Shown here: piece after piece, positions 6,986-16,078 of the stretch
Layout: every line of letters starts with the position of its first letter
Numbering within the stretch: position 1 is the first letter of the stretch
Source: a virus
Lineage: Duplodnaviria > Caudoviricetes
Reading direction: 5' to 3' (one strand)
Length of the DNA: 31,332 nt
IMG/VR virus record: IMGVR_UViG_3300032335_000220
Span: 1-31,332 of that record
Program-made: the position numbers and the translations under genes
The notes under the pieces: generated by a model
The model's database searches: none
The model's input: only the letters and a program-made list of their open reading frames with translations
Told to the model about the DNA's origin: nothing

Positions 6986-7024
6986 AGTGTTTCCACCTTT
7001 CTTTTTTTCTACCCTAACAGTTAG

Positions 7025-7294
7025 TTAGGACTTTTTTATATGCTCCGGATTGACGCAGTCGAGATGACCGCAGTTCCGAATTCCGGGAAGAACTGGAAGC
7101 CCTTCGTAGATTGGCTTAGAAAGAGTTTCGTCGTCGAAGTCGCCTTGCCACGGAAGACACTTGGTATTGCCATACTTAACAATGAGCGACTGGCCCATTC
7201 GACAATCGGCGCAACGGACTCCCGTCTTGGGTTCGTCCATTTTGACGCGCCAAATATGCCCGCAACGGTTACATATCGCTTCATTCTCTTCCAC
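7025..7294 (-). CDS. Cys/His zinc-binding protein; paralog of 1564..1917
   Basis: CNRCG...CADCR...CLPWQG...LPGIRNCGHLDCVNPEHI. Confidence 0.65.
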   Translation of the reverse strand: MEENEAICNRCGHIWRVKMDEPKTGVRCADCRMGQSLIVKYGNTKCLPWQGDFDDETLSKPIYEGLPVLPGIRNCGHLDCVNPEHIKKS

Positions 7295-7306
7295 CGCATT
7301 AGAGTA

Positions 7307-7669
7307 TCAGCCCTTGATTAGTCCGGCTTGAATAGCTGCGTTCCGGCAACACGGGTCGCAGGTTAGAAGCCCGATTCCGTGAGCGCATTTCGGTTGCGGA
7401 GTTCCCTTCCGTTCTTCGGTGTACGAAGTCGCCCGAGTTGCTTCAGCTTTTCTTTTTTCCTTGATTCGCTGAGCGTAGGCTACAACGTGCTTCGCTTCGA
7501 CGTAGCTAATTGAATCGTCGCGTTGGGCTTCGATTACCGCAGTCTTAGCAGCTGCGAAGTCTAGGTAGCCGATTAGGTCAAACCATACCTGAAGCTTCTC
7601 AGCGGTAAGTTGTCGGTTGTCGATTGCGCTTAGGTATTCCATAAGCTCTTTGAGTTCGCTCTTAGTCAT
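7307..7669 (-). CDS. putative helicase loader/inhibitor (G39P-like)
   Basis: Directly follows the initiator gene; LSAIDNRQLTAEKLQVWFDLIGYLDFAAAKTAV pattern. Confidence 0.5.
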   Translation of the reverse strand: MTKSELKELMEYLSAIDNRQLTAEKLQVWFDLIGYLDFAAAKTAVIEAQRDDSISYVEAKHVVAYAQRIKEKRKAEATRATSYTEERKGTPQPKCAHGIGLLTCDPCCRNAAIQAGLIKG

Positions 7670-8333
7670 TCGCCCATTCCTCCAGAGCTTTCGAGTCGGT
7701 CGCCTTGCGTTTCGGTAGTGGGCCGTTAGCCCAAGCTTCGGCGTTTAGCCAAGTCGCCGGGTTCTTTATGAATTGTTTCTCCGGAAGATTTGGGTCTTCA
7801 GCATAAGCCTTAGCTCCGGCAATTACAACGGCTGGGTCTTGATTCTTGATTGCCCGCCTGAATGCCCGTAGAGCTGCGCCCTTGTCTACCTTCTTCGGAT
7901 AGCTTTCCCAGAAAGAATCAAATTCTGAATCGCTATATATTCTCTCGTTATTCTTTAAGTTTTTCTTCTTTAAGATGTTGTTCTTATGTAGCGGATTGTC
8001 CTGCGTAGGCTTATCCAACGTAGGTTTGCCCGACGGGTCTTGCGTGGTGTAGGTGTATCCGCCTAGATAGCCCTTTTCGTTTCTCTCGCGGTCTTCGGAG
8101 CGCATTAGATACCCAGCTTCGAGCAGTTCGTTTATGAGCGTCCGGATTGCGTCGCGCCCAACTCCGTTAGCGAAGGCTAGGTTTTCTTGACTGATTCTCC
8201 AGCCCGGAGCGTGAGAAAGAAGCTGCGCTAGAAGCCCTTTGGCTCCGAGCGAGATTCTAGAGTCGCGCAACCAGTCGTTCGGTATCTGAGTGAAGTGGTC
8301 GTCGAATGAGTGATGTCCCCGAATTAGCGGCAT
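7662..8333 (-). CDS. phage replication initiator (HTH N-terminus, DnaD-like C-terminus)
   Basis: FTQIPNDWLRDSRISLGAKGLLAQLLSH...; FDSFWESYPKKVDKGAA...FIKNPATWLN. Confidence 0.8.
   Translation of the reverse strand: MPLIRGHHSFDDHFTQIPNDWLRDSRISLGAKGLLAQLLSHAPGWRISQENLAFANGVGRDAIRTLINELLEAGYLMRSEDRERNEKGYLGGYTYTTQDPSGKPTLDKPTQDNPLHKNNILKKKNLKNNERIYSDSEFDSFWESYPKKVDKGAALRAFRRAIKNQDPAVVIAGAKAYAEDPNLPEKQFIKNPATWLNAEAWANGPLPKRKATDSKALEEWAND
7941..8060. repeat. putative replication origin inside the initiator gene
   Basis: Minus-strand 15-bp-period repeats GGCAAACCTACG / GGATAAGCCTACG / GGACAATCCGC, followed by an AT-rich tract with CTTAAAGAA twice. Confidence 0.45.
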
Positions 8334-8752
8334 TAGTTCCCTTTCTTAGCTAATCCGATACTAGCCAACAAATCAGCCAGCGGAATCAGTCGCCCGATTG
8401 AAGCCTTTGTTGCCTTTGACGCGATTGGTTGTCTAGCTTCCCGGGGGTTCGTGTTGCTTATGAATTGCTTCAGGACGCTGGTTTTGACCATTACGAATCC
8501 TTCGCCAAGCGGCGAGCCAAAGCAATAGTATTCAGCTTCACTTACGTTTATCCCTGATTGCTTCTTGTCCGAAGCGTCCGGTTCCGAATACTGCCACGTT
8601 TCAACGTAGACGTTTCCCGTTTCGTTCACTCTATAATCAGTTTTTACTTCTACCTTCTTGCCGATTAGGTCAGCCAAGAAAGTTTCGACAAGCTCTTCCC
8701 CGATTCGTCCCCGTGTAAAGTCCACGTCAAAGCGTGGTTCGTATCCAGCCAT
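8333..8752 (-). CDS. PD-(D/E)xK-type nuclease-like protein
   Basis: FDVDF..G..GEE, VEVKTD, TGNVYVE, SGI...EAEYY. Confidence 0.6.
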   Translation of the reverse strand: MAGYEPRFDVDFTRGRIGEELVETFLADLIGKKVEVKTDYRVNETGNVYVETWQYSEPDASDKKQSGINVSEAEYYCFGSPLGEGFVMVKTSVLKQFISNTNPREARQPIASKATKASIGRLIPLADLLASIGLAKKGN

Positions 8753-8761
8753 TTTTTCCTT

Positions 8762-9091
8762 TCAATCTGGTTGGTTCGTTGGAACCTTTCCAAAATTATC
8801 GTCTAGCAAGTGCCAACCGTCCCATAGGCGCACCGGAGTTTCTGCCGGGTCTTGATGTGAGTAGAGCTTCCAACCTAGCGTCCGTGCCTTAGCTGCGAAG
8901 CCCGATTGCGATTCCATTAGCCCATTTGAGTAAGAACAAAAAGCAATTATGTTCGACGGACGATTGCGTTCTTTGCTTCCACCCATTCCGCGATTAGCTC
9001 GGTGTTGTGGAATCAGTTCTGGCCCGGTTGAACCGCAACAAGGACAAGCCTTATCTCGGTCTAAGTATTTTTGGAACTCTTTTTTATTCAT
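8762..9091 (-). CDS. HNH-like endonuclease
   Basis: RDKACPCCG...QHRANRGMGGS...SNIIAFCSYSNG; likely start MNKKEF at 9091. Confidence 0.65.
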   Translation of the reverse strand: MNKKEFQKYLDRDKACPCCGSTGPELIPQHRANRGMGGSKERNRPSNIIAFCSYSNGLMESQSGFAAKARTLGWKLYSHQDPAETPVRLWDGWHLLDDNFGKVPTNQPD

Positions 9092-9308
9092 CTTCCCACG
9101 GGTCATATTTCTTCGCGGGAAGGTCTAAGCCCGTCCCCGAATAATCTGCGGCGAATCCGATTGTTGAAGAGCTGTCTGTATCTCTTTGATGTTCTGGAGC
9201 AACCTCCGGGCAAGAATGGCGACGAATCCAATTCTTGTAGAGCTGAGTAGCTTCGTCCCCTGACGCTTGAAAACTTGCGCCACAAGAACACTTCTCCCGA
9301 ATCTTCAT
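9084..9308 (-). CDS. small Cys/His hypothetical protein
   Basis: CSCGASF...RHSC; GGAGG RBS. Confidence 0.6.
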   Translation of the reverse strand: MKIREKCSCGASFQASGDEATQLYKNWIRRHSCPEVAPEHQRDTDSSSTIGFAADYSGTGLDLPAKKYDPWEDE

Positions 9309-9334
9309 AGCCCGCCAATCCTCCGCCCATTAGT

Positions 9335-9664
9335 CTAGCTCCGCCATTGGAGTTCTACGTTCCGGCTAATAACCGCGGTCATTGTGGCCGTATCCGATAG
9401 GACTTTCATCTTCATTTTTACCCGATTGAACTCAGCCCGGGCTAGGTCTGCCTTTAGCTTTTCGTCTACCGCTTGGAGTTTTGCCACGGCTTGACGGTCT
9501 GCTACGGTGCCTTGACTATTCAAGAAAGATAGAGAAACGGACTTGTCATAAGTTGCTTCAGCGTCCGCTAGTTTGACTTCTGCGTCATAGAGAGCCGAAG
9601 CTCCTTTCTCCATTTCCTTACTTATGCGTTGAAGCTCTTCGACGATTTGACCGGGGGTTTCCAT
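9335..9664 (-). CDS. coiled-coil protein of the recombination operon
   Basis: 109-aa helical ORF coupled to the annealing-protein gene. Confidence 0.6.
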   Translation of the reverse strand: METPGQIVEELQRISKEMEKGASALYDAEVKLADAEATYDKSVSLSFLNSQGTVADRQAVAKLQAVDEKLKADLARAEFNRVKMKMKVLSDTATMTAVISRNVELQWRS

Positions 9665-10182
9665 TATGCGCTCGCTAACGCTGCTAGTTCTTTGATTCTC
9701 CCAAGAACTTCTTCGGAAGCCTTCGCCGTCTTAGCTTCTGAATAAAGAAGACGTAGCTTGTCTATGTCTTTCCCTAATGCTTCGGCTTCGTCTAGAAATT
9801 GACGTGTCGGAAGTTTCGGAGTCTGCCCGCGAGCAACCTTTTCCATTTCTTCGCGGGTGACGCGCTTGTTTCCGCTGAAGGTGTAGTTAGCTAGGCAACG
9901 ACCAATCGCGGAAGTTTCCGCATTCTCTAGCGCAGAAGTTTTGTTAGCCATTCCAACGCCGTCTACTTCGAATGCCCAGCCCGTAGTCTTCGGAAGATTT
10001 CGAGCTTGGTCTTCTTGGTCTAGGTAGAGTCTTGCTTCGACTACCCAAGTTCCAACGGCGCGGTCTTGCGCTGTTGTGTGATTCACGGTGACGATTCGAG
10101 CGTCTTCTGCTAACTGACTACTCCAAAATCTACGGAGTCTTTCTTCGACTGTTTCGTAGTCGTTTAGATTGAATTGTGCCAT
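9664..10182 (-). CDS. putative single-strand annealing protein (Sak/Rad52-like)
   Basis: YETVEERL...ENAETSAIGRCLAN...REEMEKV; adjacent to the YqaJ exonuclease. Confidence 0.6.
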   Translation of the reverse strand: MAQFNLNDYETVEERLRRFWSSQLAEDARIVTVNHTTAQDRAVGTWVVEARLYLDQEDQARNLPKTTGWAFEVDGVGMANKTSALENAETSAIGRCLANYTFSGNKRVTREEMEKVARGQTPKLPTRQFLDEAEALGKDIDKLRLLYSEAKTAKASEEVLGRIKELAALASA

Positions 10183-10185
10183 TTG

Positions 10186-11070
10186 TTATTTCCCTTTCTT
10201 TTCGTGGTGTAGGTAAGGATTGCCCATTCCGCGAGCGCGCAAGCTAATCGCGTGTTCGCCGTAGACGATTCCTTTTTTCTTTCCGCCCATAGCCGATAGG
10301 ACTCGACTCTTCAGTTCGGTAAGTTTCTTTTCTGCTTCTTCGAATTGACTTAGAGCAATAAAGTAGTGAACTCCTAGTTCGTCTAGATGTTCTTCTCCGT
10401 CCTCGATTTTAGGATTCATAGCCCGGATAGTTTCGAACGTGGAATTGCTGCCGTCCCAGTCTGGCATTTTGTTATTGAGAACTGATTCCCTGAAGCGGTA
10501 AGCCGCAGCGATTAGCGAAGACGCTTCGAAGGTGTCCCATTCAACGTCGAATTCTTGATAGCTGGAACCTGCTAGAGCTACCAGCGTTGCTTCTTGAATT
10601 CCAAAGACGTTCATATACCAAAGCACCTGCGCGCGGTAGTGTTGCGGAACTTCGCTCCAGTAATCGCGTGAGAACTTCACTTCGATAATGCCCCAAGTTC
10701 CGTCGGGCTTGCGATAGAGCGCGTCCGGGTTAGCGCGTTGCCAACTAAATTCTTTATGCGCCCAAGTTCCGGTCGTAAAGATTTCGTAGTCTGGGTGTTC
10801 TTCGGCGAAGATTTCTAGGATTGGAGTTTCTAACTTGTTGCCTAGACGCATAGACATATTTGGTTCTATTTCGTCTGGGATTTGTTTAGTCTTCTTGGCC
10901 CATTTCGTTATTTGACTTTCAAACGGAGAGAGTCCGGCGATTGCTCCGATATCGGAACCACCCACGGCTGCGTCTTCGTTTCTTAGTTCGTGCCACTCAG
11001 GGGAACCAGATTCGAAGTCGCCTAAGAATACTGCGTCCCCTAATTTCTTTAGTTCTAGCTTGCTAATCAT
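10186..11070 (-). CDS. YqaJ/lambda-exonuclease-like recombination nuclease
   Basis: SPEWHELR, GGSDIGAI, MRLGNKLE, ANPDAL, IIEVK, YRAQVLWYM. Confidence 0.88.
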   Translation of the reverse strand: MISKLELKKLGDAVFLGDFESGSPEWHELRNEDAAVGGSDIGAIAGLSPFESQITKWAKKTKQIPDEIEPNMSMRLGNKLETPILEIFAEEHPDYEIFTTGTWAHKEFSWQRANPDALYRKPDGTWGIIEVKFSRDYWSEVPQHYRAQVLWYMNVFGIQEATLVALAGSSYQEFDVEWDTFEASSLIAAAYRFRESVLNNKMPDWDGSNSTFETIRAMNPKIEDGEEHLDELGVHYFIALSQFEEAEKKLTELKSRVLSAMGGKKKGIVYGEHAISLRARGMGNPYLHHEKKGK

Positions 11071-11119
11071 TTTTTCCTTTCTTGCTATTTTCGGTCTAAC
11101 TTTCCGATAAGGTCAGACT

Positions 11120-11401
11120 ATGACTACCCTACGACAATTATTGGGAATTGAGCGCAATTACCTAGAACTTCACGAAGCGATTCGGAAGGTGGGTTCGGTC
11201 GAGTGCGAAGAGTTGCCCGATGTGTTCTTTGCCCAAGAAGCAAGCCAAATCAGCCAGAAATTAGTCGAAGAAATAGCCAAAGGTATCTGCCAGAATTGCC
11301 CGGTTAGGGTACAATGCCGGGACTACGCCAAGTCCACCCGGGTTGCGGGGATTTGGGGAGGCACTACTGAAGCGGAGCGTTACTCTTCGTCGGGGACGTA
11401 A
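11120..11401 (+). CDS. whiB: WhiB-family Fe-S transcription factor
   Basis: C...PDVFF...AKGICQNCPVRVQC...GIWGGTTEAER, with four conserved Cys. Confidence 0.92.
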   Translation: MTTLRQLLGIERNYLELHEAIRKVGSVECEELPDVFFAQEASQISQKLVEEIAKGICQNCPVRVQCRDYAKSTRVAGIWGGTTEAERYSSSGT

Positions 11402-11565
11402 GTAATCGCTAGGGCCGAACCACCGATTGCTAGTAGAGCTGCGGCGACGTTTAGAATCTGCGCGCCTAGTTCGGTAGTGATTGTTCCCAAGCTAATTAGT
11501 AGCGGGACGGTAGCGGCGACAATTCCGTAAATCCATTTGCGAGTGGCTGGTTGAAGGTTCAACAT
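11380..11565 (-). CDS. holin-like two-TM protein
   Basis: RKWIYGIVAATVPLLISLG...; last gene of the lysis cassette. Confidence 0.7.
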   Translation of the reverse strand: MLNLQPATRKWIYGIVAATVPLLISLGTITTELGAQILNVAAALLAIGGSALAITYVPDEE

Positions 11566-11837
11566 TATTCTTCTTCTTTCTTGTAGAGGTTCACGTCTTC
11601 AAAGGTAGCAGACGCCGTGTACGCAGTAAGAATAATCGAGATAAGAGCTACCCCGCCGATTACTAGCTGGACGGATACTTCTTTGTCAAAGAAGAAGGTT
11701 CCCATTCCGAAAATAATCATAACGAAGCCCAAGCGATAACCGCCGTAGATTAGTTTCCTACGATACTTCCAAGACGGGCCAGAAGTGTCTTCGCCTTCTT
11801 GTTCCCGAAGAAGCATTAGAGCGTCAAAGATTTTCAC
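11565..11837 (-). CDS. two-TM membrane protein (lysis cassette)
   Basis: Two hydrophobic helices; follows the endolysin. Confidence 0.6.
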   Translation of the reverse strand: MKIFDALMLLREQEGEDTSGPSWKYRRKLIYGGYRLGFVMIIFGMGTFFFDKEVSVQLVIGGVALISIILTAYTASATFEDVNLYKKEEE

Positions 11838-12325
11838 TTTAGTTTGTCTAGAGCTATTTGGGTTTTGATGTAGCTAGTCGGTTCGGTGAAGCGGGTTCCG
11901 TTGTTTGTGTAGACATAACGCTTACCGCGCTGAATCTCGAAGTGAAGGTGTGGCCCGGTAGATTCTCCGGTGTTTCCAGATTCGCCTAGCTTTTCACCTT
12001 CGATAACTAAGTCCCCCACTTTTATTTCTGCGTCTTTTATAGAACCCTTTTTCAAGTGGTAGTAGGACGACGTAATCCATTCCCCGTTTATCTTGTGGCT
12101 GAGTCGAACAATGTATCCAGCCCCGGCAGGTTCACCGCTAGGGAACTTGATTGTAGAAGGCCCAGCGTAGATTACTTTTCCATTAGCGATAGCTCGAACC
12201 GGGCGACCAATTTCGACTGCGTAATCAACGCCGTTATGGTGCTTGCGGGTTTTCTCTATTGGGTGAATCCTCCAACCATAAGGCGAAGAGATTCTCGGGA
12301 TTGGCTTGTCAAAAGGAAAACGCAT
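11834..12325 (-). CDS. M23 peptidase endolysin
   Basis: HNGVDY, YYHL, GNTGESTGPHLHFE. Confidence 0.9.
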   Translation of the reverse strand: MRFPFDKPIPRISSPYGWRIHPIEKTRKHHNGVDYAVEIGRPVRAIANGKVIYAGPSTIKFPSGEPAGAGYIVRLSHKINGEWITSSYYHLKKGSIKDAEIKVGDLVIEGEKLGESGNTGESTGPHLHFEIQRGKRYVYTNNGTRFTEPTSYIKTQIALDKLK

Positions 12326-12329
12326 AGTT

Positions 12330-12575
12330 CTATTTTACAAGAAGAGAAAATAGAGCCGAAGCTAGTCCGGTGATTCCTGCGGCTAGTCCGGTGTAAGCAA
12401 TCTTCTCAATCCAAGCTAATCGGGCAAGCGTTAGTTCGACTTCTCGAAGACGACTAGGTACTTCGTCTAAGTGGTCGAGCTTCTCCAGTATCTTGACAAG
12501 GGTTTCCCCGTGCTCAAGTTGCTTGGCGTAAATTGCTTGCTGGGTAATGCGTACCCCAGTTGTTTCCTCAGCCAT
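12330..12575 (-). CDS. coiled-coil protein with C-terminal TM helix
   Basis: RLREVELTLARLAW followed by a hydrophobic tail. Confidence 0.6.
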   Translation of the reverse strand: MAEETTGVRITQQAIYAKQLEHGETLVKILEKLDHLDEVPSRLREVELTLARLAWIEKIAYTGLAAGITGLASALFSLLVK

Positions 12576-12808
12576 TAGCTTGTGATAGCAGCGATTTCAG
12601 AGTCAGTCAGACCCAGAGCTTTTAGCTTTGCATTAGCAGAGGCTTTAGCTGTTTCTTTTGCTTCCTCGGCAGCCTTGCGTTCTGCTTCCTGAGCTTCGTA
12701 AGCTAGGCGGTCAGTTTCTCGCTGGGCTAGTTCCTCGGCTGTTAGAGGGACTTCTGTTGCTTCGCCTGTTGAGCAGTCTACTACTAGCTTGGTGATTACT
12801 TCTGTCAT
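12575..12808 (-). CDS. hypothetical tail-associated protein
   Basis: DCSTGEATEVPLTAEE...AKLKALGLTDSEIAAI; follows the tail-tip genes. Confidence 0.55.
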   Translation of the reverse strand: MTEVITKLVVDCSTGEATEVPLTAEELAQRETDRLAYEAQEAERKAAEEAKETAKASANAKLKALGLTDSEIAAITS

Positions 12809-12824
12809 TTTCTTTTCTTTCTTG

Positions 12825-13343
12825 TTATGAGGTGGTGACTATTCCGTCAGAGCCTTTTAAAACGCCGTATAAGGAAATAGTTGAGCCGACTACAAAGTTT
12901 CCGCCAGAAGCGTCTAGTTGGACTGAAGTAATAGATGCTGTATTACTCCAAAGTCCAGCACTAATGGCCATAGCGTTAGCTGCGGCGTTTGTTTCTCTAA
13001 CGGAGTCCGTGCCAAATGATTTGTTTGTGCTGCCTGTGTAATTAGGAATGTAAATACTGCTGTTGCTAAATGTATTTGCTGTATCATTTGCGCTATTTAC
13101 TTCACCAGCGTATCGAACTATTGAGCTGGCAGAACCAGTGCCACCCGAACCCAAACCATACAACCAGCGAGCGGTAAAATTGGCTGTGTTTGAGTTGAAT
13201 CCAAGGTTGATGTTTACATAATCGCCTGTGCTGGTAGAGCGTAAAGAACACAGAATAATCAAATCGGTAAAAGTAGAAGGAATAGCTGTGAACTCAATCT
13301 GCGCGGCAGCAGAAGCTAGAGTTTTAGATTCAATAAGTTTCAT
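12825..13343 (-). CDS. putative tail-tip/receptor-binding protein, paralog 3
   Basis: S/T/N-rich, beta-rich; LIESKTL...IEFTAIPSTFTDL...GSTISLYG. Confidence 0.6.
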   Translation of the reverse strand: MKLIESKTLASAAAQIEFTAIPSTFTDLIILCSLRSTSTGDYVNINLGFNSNTANFTARWLYGLGSGGTGSASSIVRYAGEVNSANDTANTFSNSSIYIPNYTGSTNKSFGTDSVRETNAAANAMAISAGLWSNTASITSVQLDASGGNFVVGSTISLYGVLKGSDGIVTTS

Positions 13344-13819
13344 TAGGCGATTACTCCGTAAAGGCTAAAGGTTGAACCAGAAGCAAAAGTAGCAGCGTTG
13401 TTGGTGTCCTTGACTTGAAGGCTTGTGACGGCAGCTGTGTTTGCCCAGCGAATAGATGTTGCTCCAACAACGCTTGAAGGGTTATCCCAGCGAGAAAGAG
13501 ATGTCTTGTGCTTGTTTGTAGCTGAGTAATCTATAATCTCAATACGAACCATTGAGCGAGATGTTTGTAAGTCAAACCAAATGTTTGTCCCAGAGTTGGA
13601 AGAAGTTGTTGAGCCATTTCCGTTCATACGAGTATAAGAGTAGTTTGACGCGGTTGTATCAGAGTTAAAGTAAACGCTGCCGTTGATTCCTACGCTTGCC
13701 GTTCCATCGAGAATCAAAATCAAATCTCGGTAAGTTGCTGGAATGTTAGAGAAAGTGATTGCTGAAGTTGATGAACCAAGCGTCACGGTGGCTAAAGGTC
13801 TATAAGTAGCAGTTGGCAT
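13343..13819 (-). CDS. putative tail-tip/receptor-binding protein, paralog 2
   Basis: PLATVTLG...ITFSNIPATYRDL...GSTFSLYG. Confidence 0.6.
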   Translation of the reverse strand: MPTATYRPLATVTLGSSTSAITFSNIPATYRDLILILDGTASVGINGSVYFNSDTTASNYSYTRMNGNGSTTSSNSGTNIWFDLQTSRSMVRIEIIDYSATNKHKTSLSRWDNPSSVVGATSIRWANTAAVTSLQVKDTNNAATFASGSTFSLYGVIA

Positions 13820-13821
13820 TG

Positions 13822-14412
13822 TTATCCCTTTATTCCGTATAGAGAGAAGCGAGAGCCAGCTTCAATGTTGGCAAGTCTGTCTTTGAATGTAAAGCTAGTC
13901 AGGGCTGAGGTTGAAAGATAAACTCCGCTGGCTATACCAATGTCACCGCTACCGTCAAACCAAGTTAGATTAGCTCCCCTAAGAGTCCGAACTGTTTTGT
14001 TTTTTGTAGCGTAAGCGTCAATAATGTCTGTCACGCCAGAGGCAAACACATTCGCAAAGGTGTTTCCAGGGTAAGAGTTCATAATAAAACCGAATTGAAT
14101 GCTAGCGGAACCAATATCTGCGGATTGAACAATTGTTCCATTACCGTACATCAAGTGTGCTCGATAGTTTGCTTGCGTAGTATCGCCGTTCATCTGCCAA
14201 AACAAATCGCTAGAGTTTGACGCTCTAGTTGATTTTGCTGTCCAACGGAACTGAAGATGCTTATAGGTTGAGCTGTAAGTGTTCAAGCTACTAAAGGTGA
14301 CAGCAGCCTGAGAGCTTCCTAGAATCTGAGTTTCAATCAGCTCGTAGTCAGAGCTGAAGGCAGCCCCACCAGCCCCAGCAGCACTAAAAATACCTAACGC
14401 TGAGAGAGTCAT
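13822..14412 (-). CDS. putative tail-tip/receptor-binding protein, paralog 1
   Basis: Gly/Ala-rich N-terminal arm, then LIETQILG...VTFSSL...TYKHL...GSRFSLYG. Confidence 0.6.
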   Translation of the reverse strand: MTLSALGIFSAAGAGGAAFSSDYELIETQILGSSQAAVTFSSLNTYSSTYKHLQFRWTAKSTRASNSSDLFWQMNGDTTQANYRAHLMYGNGTIVQSADIGSASIQFGFIMNSYPGNTFANVFASGVTDIIDAYATKNKTVRTLRGANLTWFDGSGDIGIASGVYLSTSALTSFTFKDRLANIEAGSRFSLYGIKG

Positions 14413-14804
14413 TAGGCTACCGGTGTGGCGTTTCCGATTATGCGGTAAGAGTTAGTGGCGACGCAGATAACAGAAACCGCGTCATAACGCTGACCAATAC
14501 GGTAAGCAGTTCCAGCGGTTCCACGTCCGAACAAAGAAGTAGCAGTTCCGTCCCGTGTTATTGTTACAGTTCCAGCTCCGTCTTGGAGAATGTCTACACG
14601 TTCTCCAGCTTGAAAAGCCGTTGCGGTTCCAATCGTTATAGTTTGAGCCGAAGCTGAATCGAACTCTAGAATCTTGTAGCGGTCGCCGGGAAGAACTGTG
14701 TAAGTCGAAGCTGTTGAAACGGTAAGTGTCGTTTCGTTGCTCAGGTATAAATTGACGTCCGAAGCCGCAAGGACTTCTCCAGCGGTAAAGGTTTTTCTAG
14801 GCAT
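14412..14804 (-). CDS. minor tail protein / fibre adaptor
   Basis: KTFTAGEVLAASDVNLYL N-terminus; ILQDGAGTVTI. Confidence 0.65.
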   Translation of the reverse strand: MPRKTFTAGEVLAASDVNLYLSNETTLTVSTASTYTVLPGDRYKILEFDSASAQTITIGTATAFQAGERVDILQDGAGTVTITRDGTATSLFGRGTAGTAYRIGQRYDAVSVICVATNSYRIIGNATPVA

Positions 14805-14830
14805 TATTTTCCTTATGTCTTTCTTTTATT

Positions 14831-16078
14831 TTACTCGTAAGCAAGGCGGTCGTCGTCTAGGACACCCAAAACGGCGTCATCTAGGATAAAGATTGCGAAG
14901 TCTAGGCGCTCCAAGCTGAAAGTTATGTTCTTACTGTTGTTGTCCCAGCTATTGTTTATTCCAATTACCCGGCAATACTGCTCGATAGCCGGGGGAACTT
15001 CAGAAGGCAAAAACTTCACTTGAACAATGTCGCCGATTTCTAAGTCTAAAACTAGGTTCTGTTGCTCGGCTGAAATGTTGTCTAGCGATACGGTCACGGT
15101 TTCGAATCGGTATTGCGGTTGCTTGAATCGCTCTAGCAAGTAGTCAGATAGGAATTGAAGGTCGGTAGCGTTTTGAACCAGTAGCCCAGACTTATCGTAG
15201 GCGCGAACACCGTAGAGAGCTTGGCTATCTAGGTCTTCTGCGAATCCCTCTTCTGGAATAGCTTCGTCGTTCTCTAGGAAAATACGGTTATAAAGATTCT
15301 CAGAACCGTAGACAATGTTCACGTCAATAAACGGAACGGCAGTTAGAAGCGGGTCAACTGTTGTGTTAGCGAAGACTACGTCGATAACGTTCGGGACGGA
15401 GTTTCTTTCTCTAAAGACTACGTTGCCTTCACGAGAAATAAAGATAGTTCCGAACTCGCTTGTTTCTACAAGCTGAAGATAGCTAAGTGTTCCTGTGCCT
15501 TCGTTGACTACCGAATCGAGCATTAGTGTATTGCCCGGGTCTATCTCTCTTCTTTCTAAAGGCCAGCTAACTTCCGGAAGGTCTAGAACGCGTTCAATTC
15601 TTGCTCCAGATAATTCGCTTGGCGGAACTACTTCGTCTAGGGAAGAGTTAGCTAGAACGGAGAAGGCGTCGGATACTGCGATTGAAACAACAGACTTCTT
15701 TCCCGGTTCGTATTGAATATCAAAGTCGTCGATAAAGCCGTTGAAGACTGGATAGCCCTTTGAGCTAATGACTACTTCACGTCTAGGAATAAGCTGTCCG
15801 TAATACAAGCCGTCTTCGTAAAGCGGGTCAAAGAGTCGGTCGAAGTTATCGACGGTGATTGTTGCGATACCCGCGTCTATGCGGTCGAGAGCTTGGGACT
15901 TTCCTCGACGGATAGCCACGGAAACAAGACGGGAAGAAATGTCAAAGAGCTTCGTTCCGCCTAGCGTAAAATCTGTATTGTCTAGAACACCTTTTACCGC
16001 GTCGTTTAGTCGAAAAGCGAACGGGTCGTTTCCACCTAAGTCAAGACCTAGTTCGACCTTCATAGCTGGAGCTGGCAT
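14831..16078 (-). CDS. minor tail protein (baseplate hub-like)
   Basis: Immediately after the tape measure gene; IRRGKS...AGIATITVDNFDRLFDP...E.GTIFISREGNVVFRER. Confidence 0.7.
   Translation of the reverse strand: MPAPAMKVELGLDLGGNDPFAFRLNDAVKGVLDNTDFTLGGTKLFDISSRLVSVAIRRGKSQALDRIDAGIATITVDNFDRLFDPLYEDGLYYGQLIPRREVVISSKGYPVFNGFIDDFDIQYEPGKKSVVSIAVSDAFSVLANSSLDEVVPPSELSGARIERVLDLPEVSWPLERREIDPGNTLMLDSVVNEGTGTLSYLQLVETSEFGTIFISREGNVVFRERNSVPNVIDVVFANTTVDPLLTAVPFIDVNIVYGSENLYNRIFLENDEAIPEEGFAEDLDSQALYGVRAYDKSGLLVQNATDLQFLSDYLLERFKQPQYRFETVTVSLDNISAEQQNLVLDLEIGDIVQVKFLPSEVPPAIEQYCRVIGINNSWDNNSKNITFSLERLDFAIFILDDAVLGVLDDDRLAYE

Noticed and set aside
12825-14412. Diversity-generating retroelement or invertible tail cassette
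   Set aside because: No reverse transcriptase, invertase, template/variable repeat pair or flanking inverted repeats seen; the similarity is at protein level.
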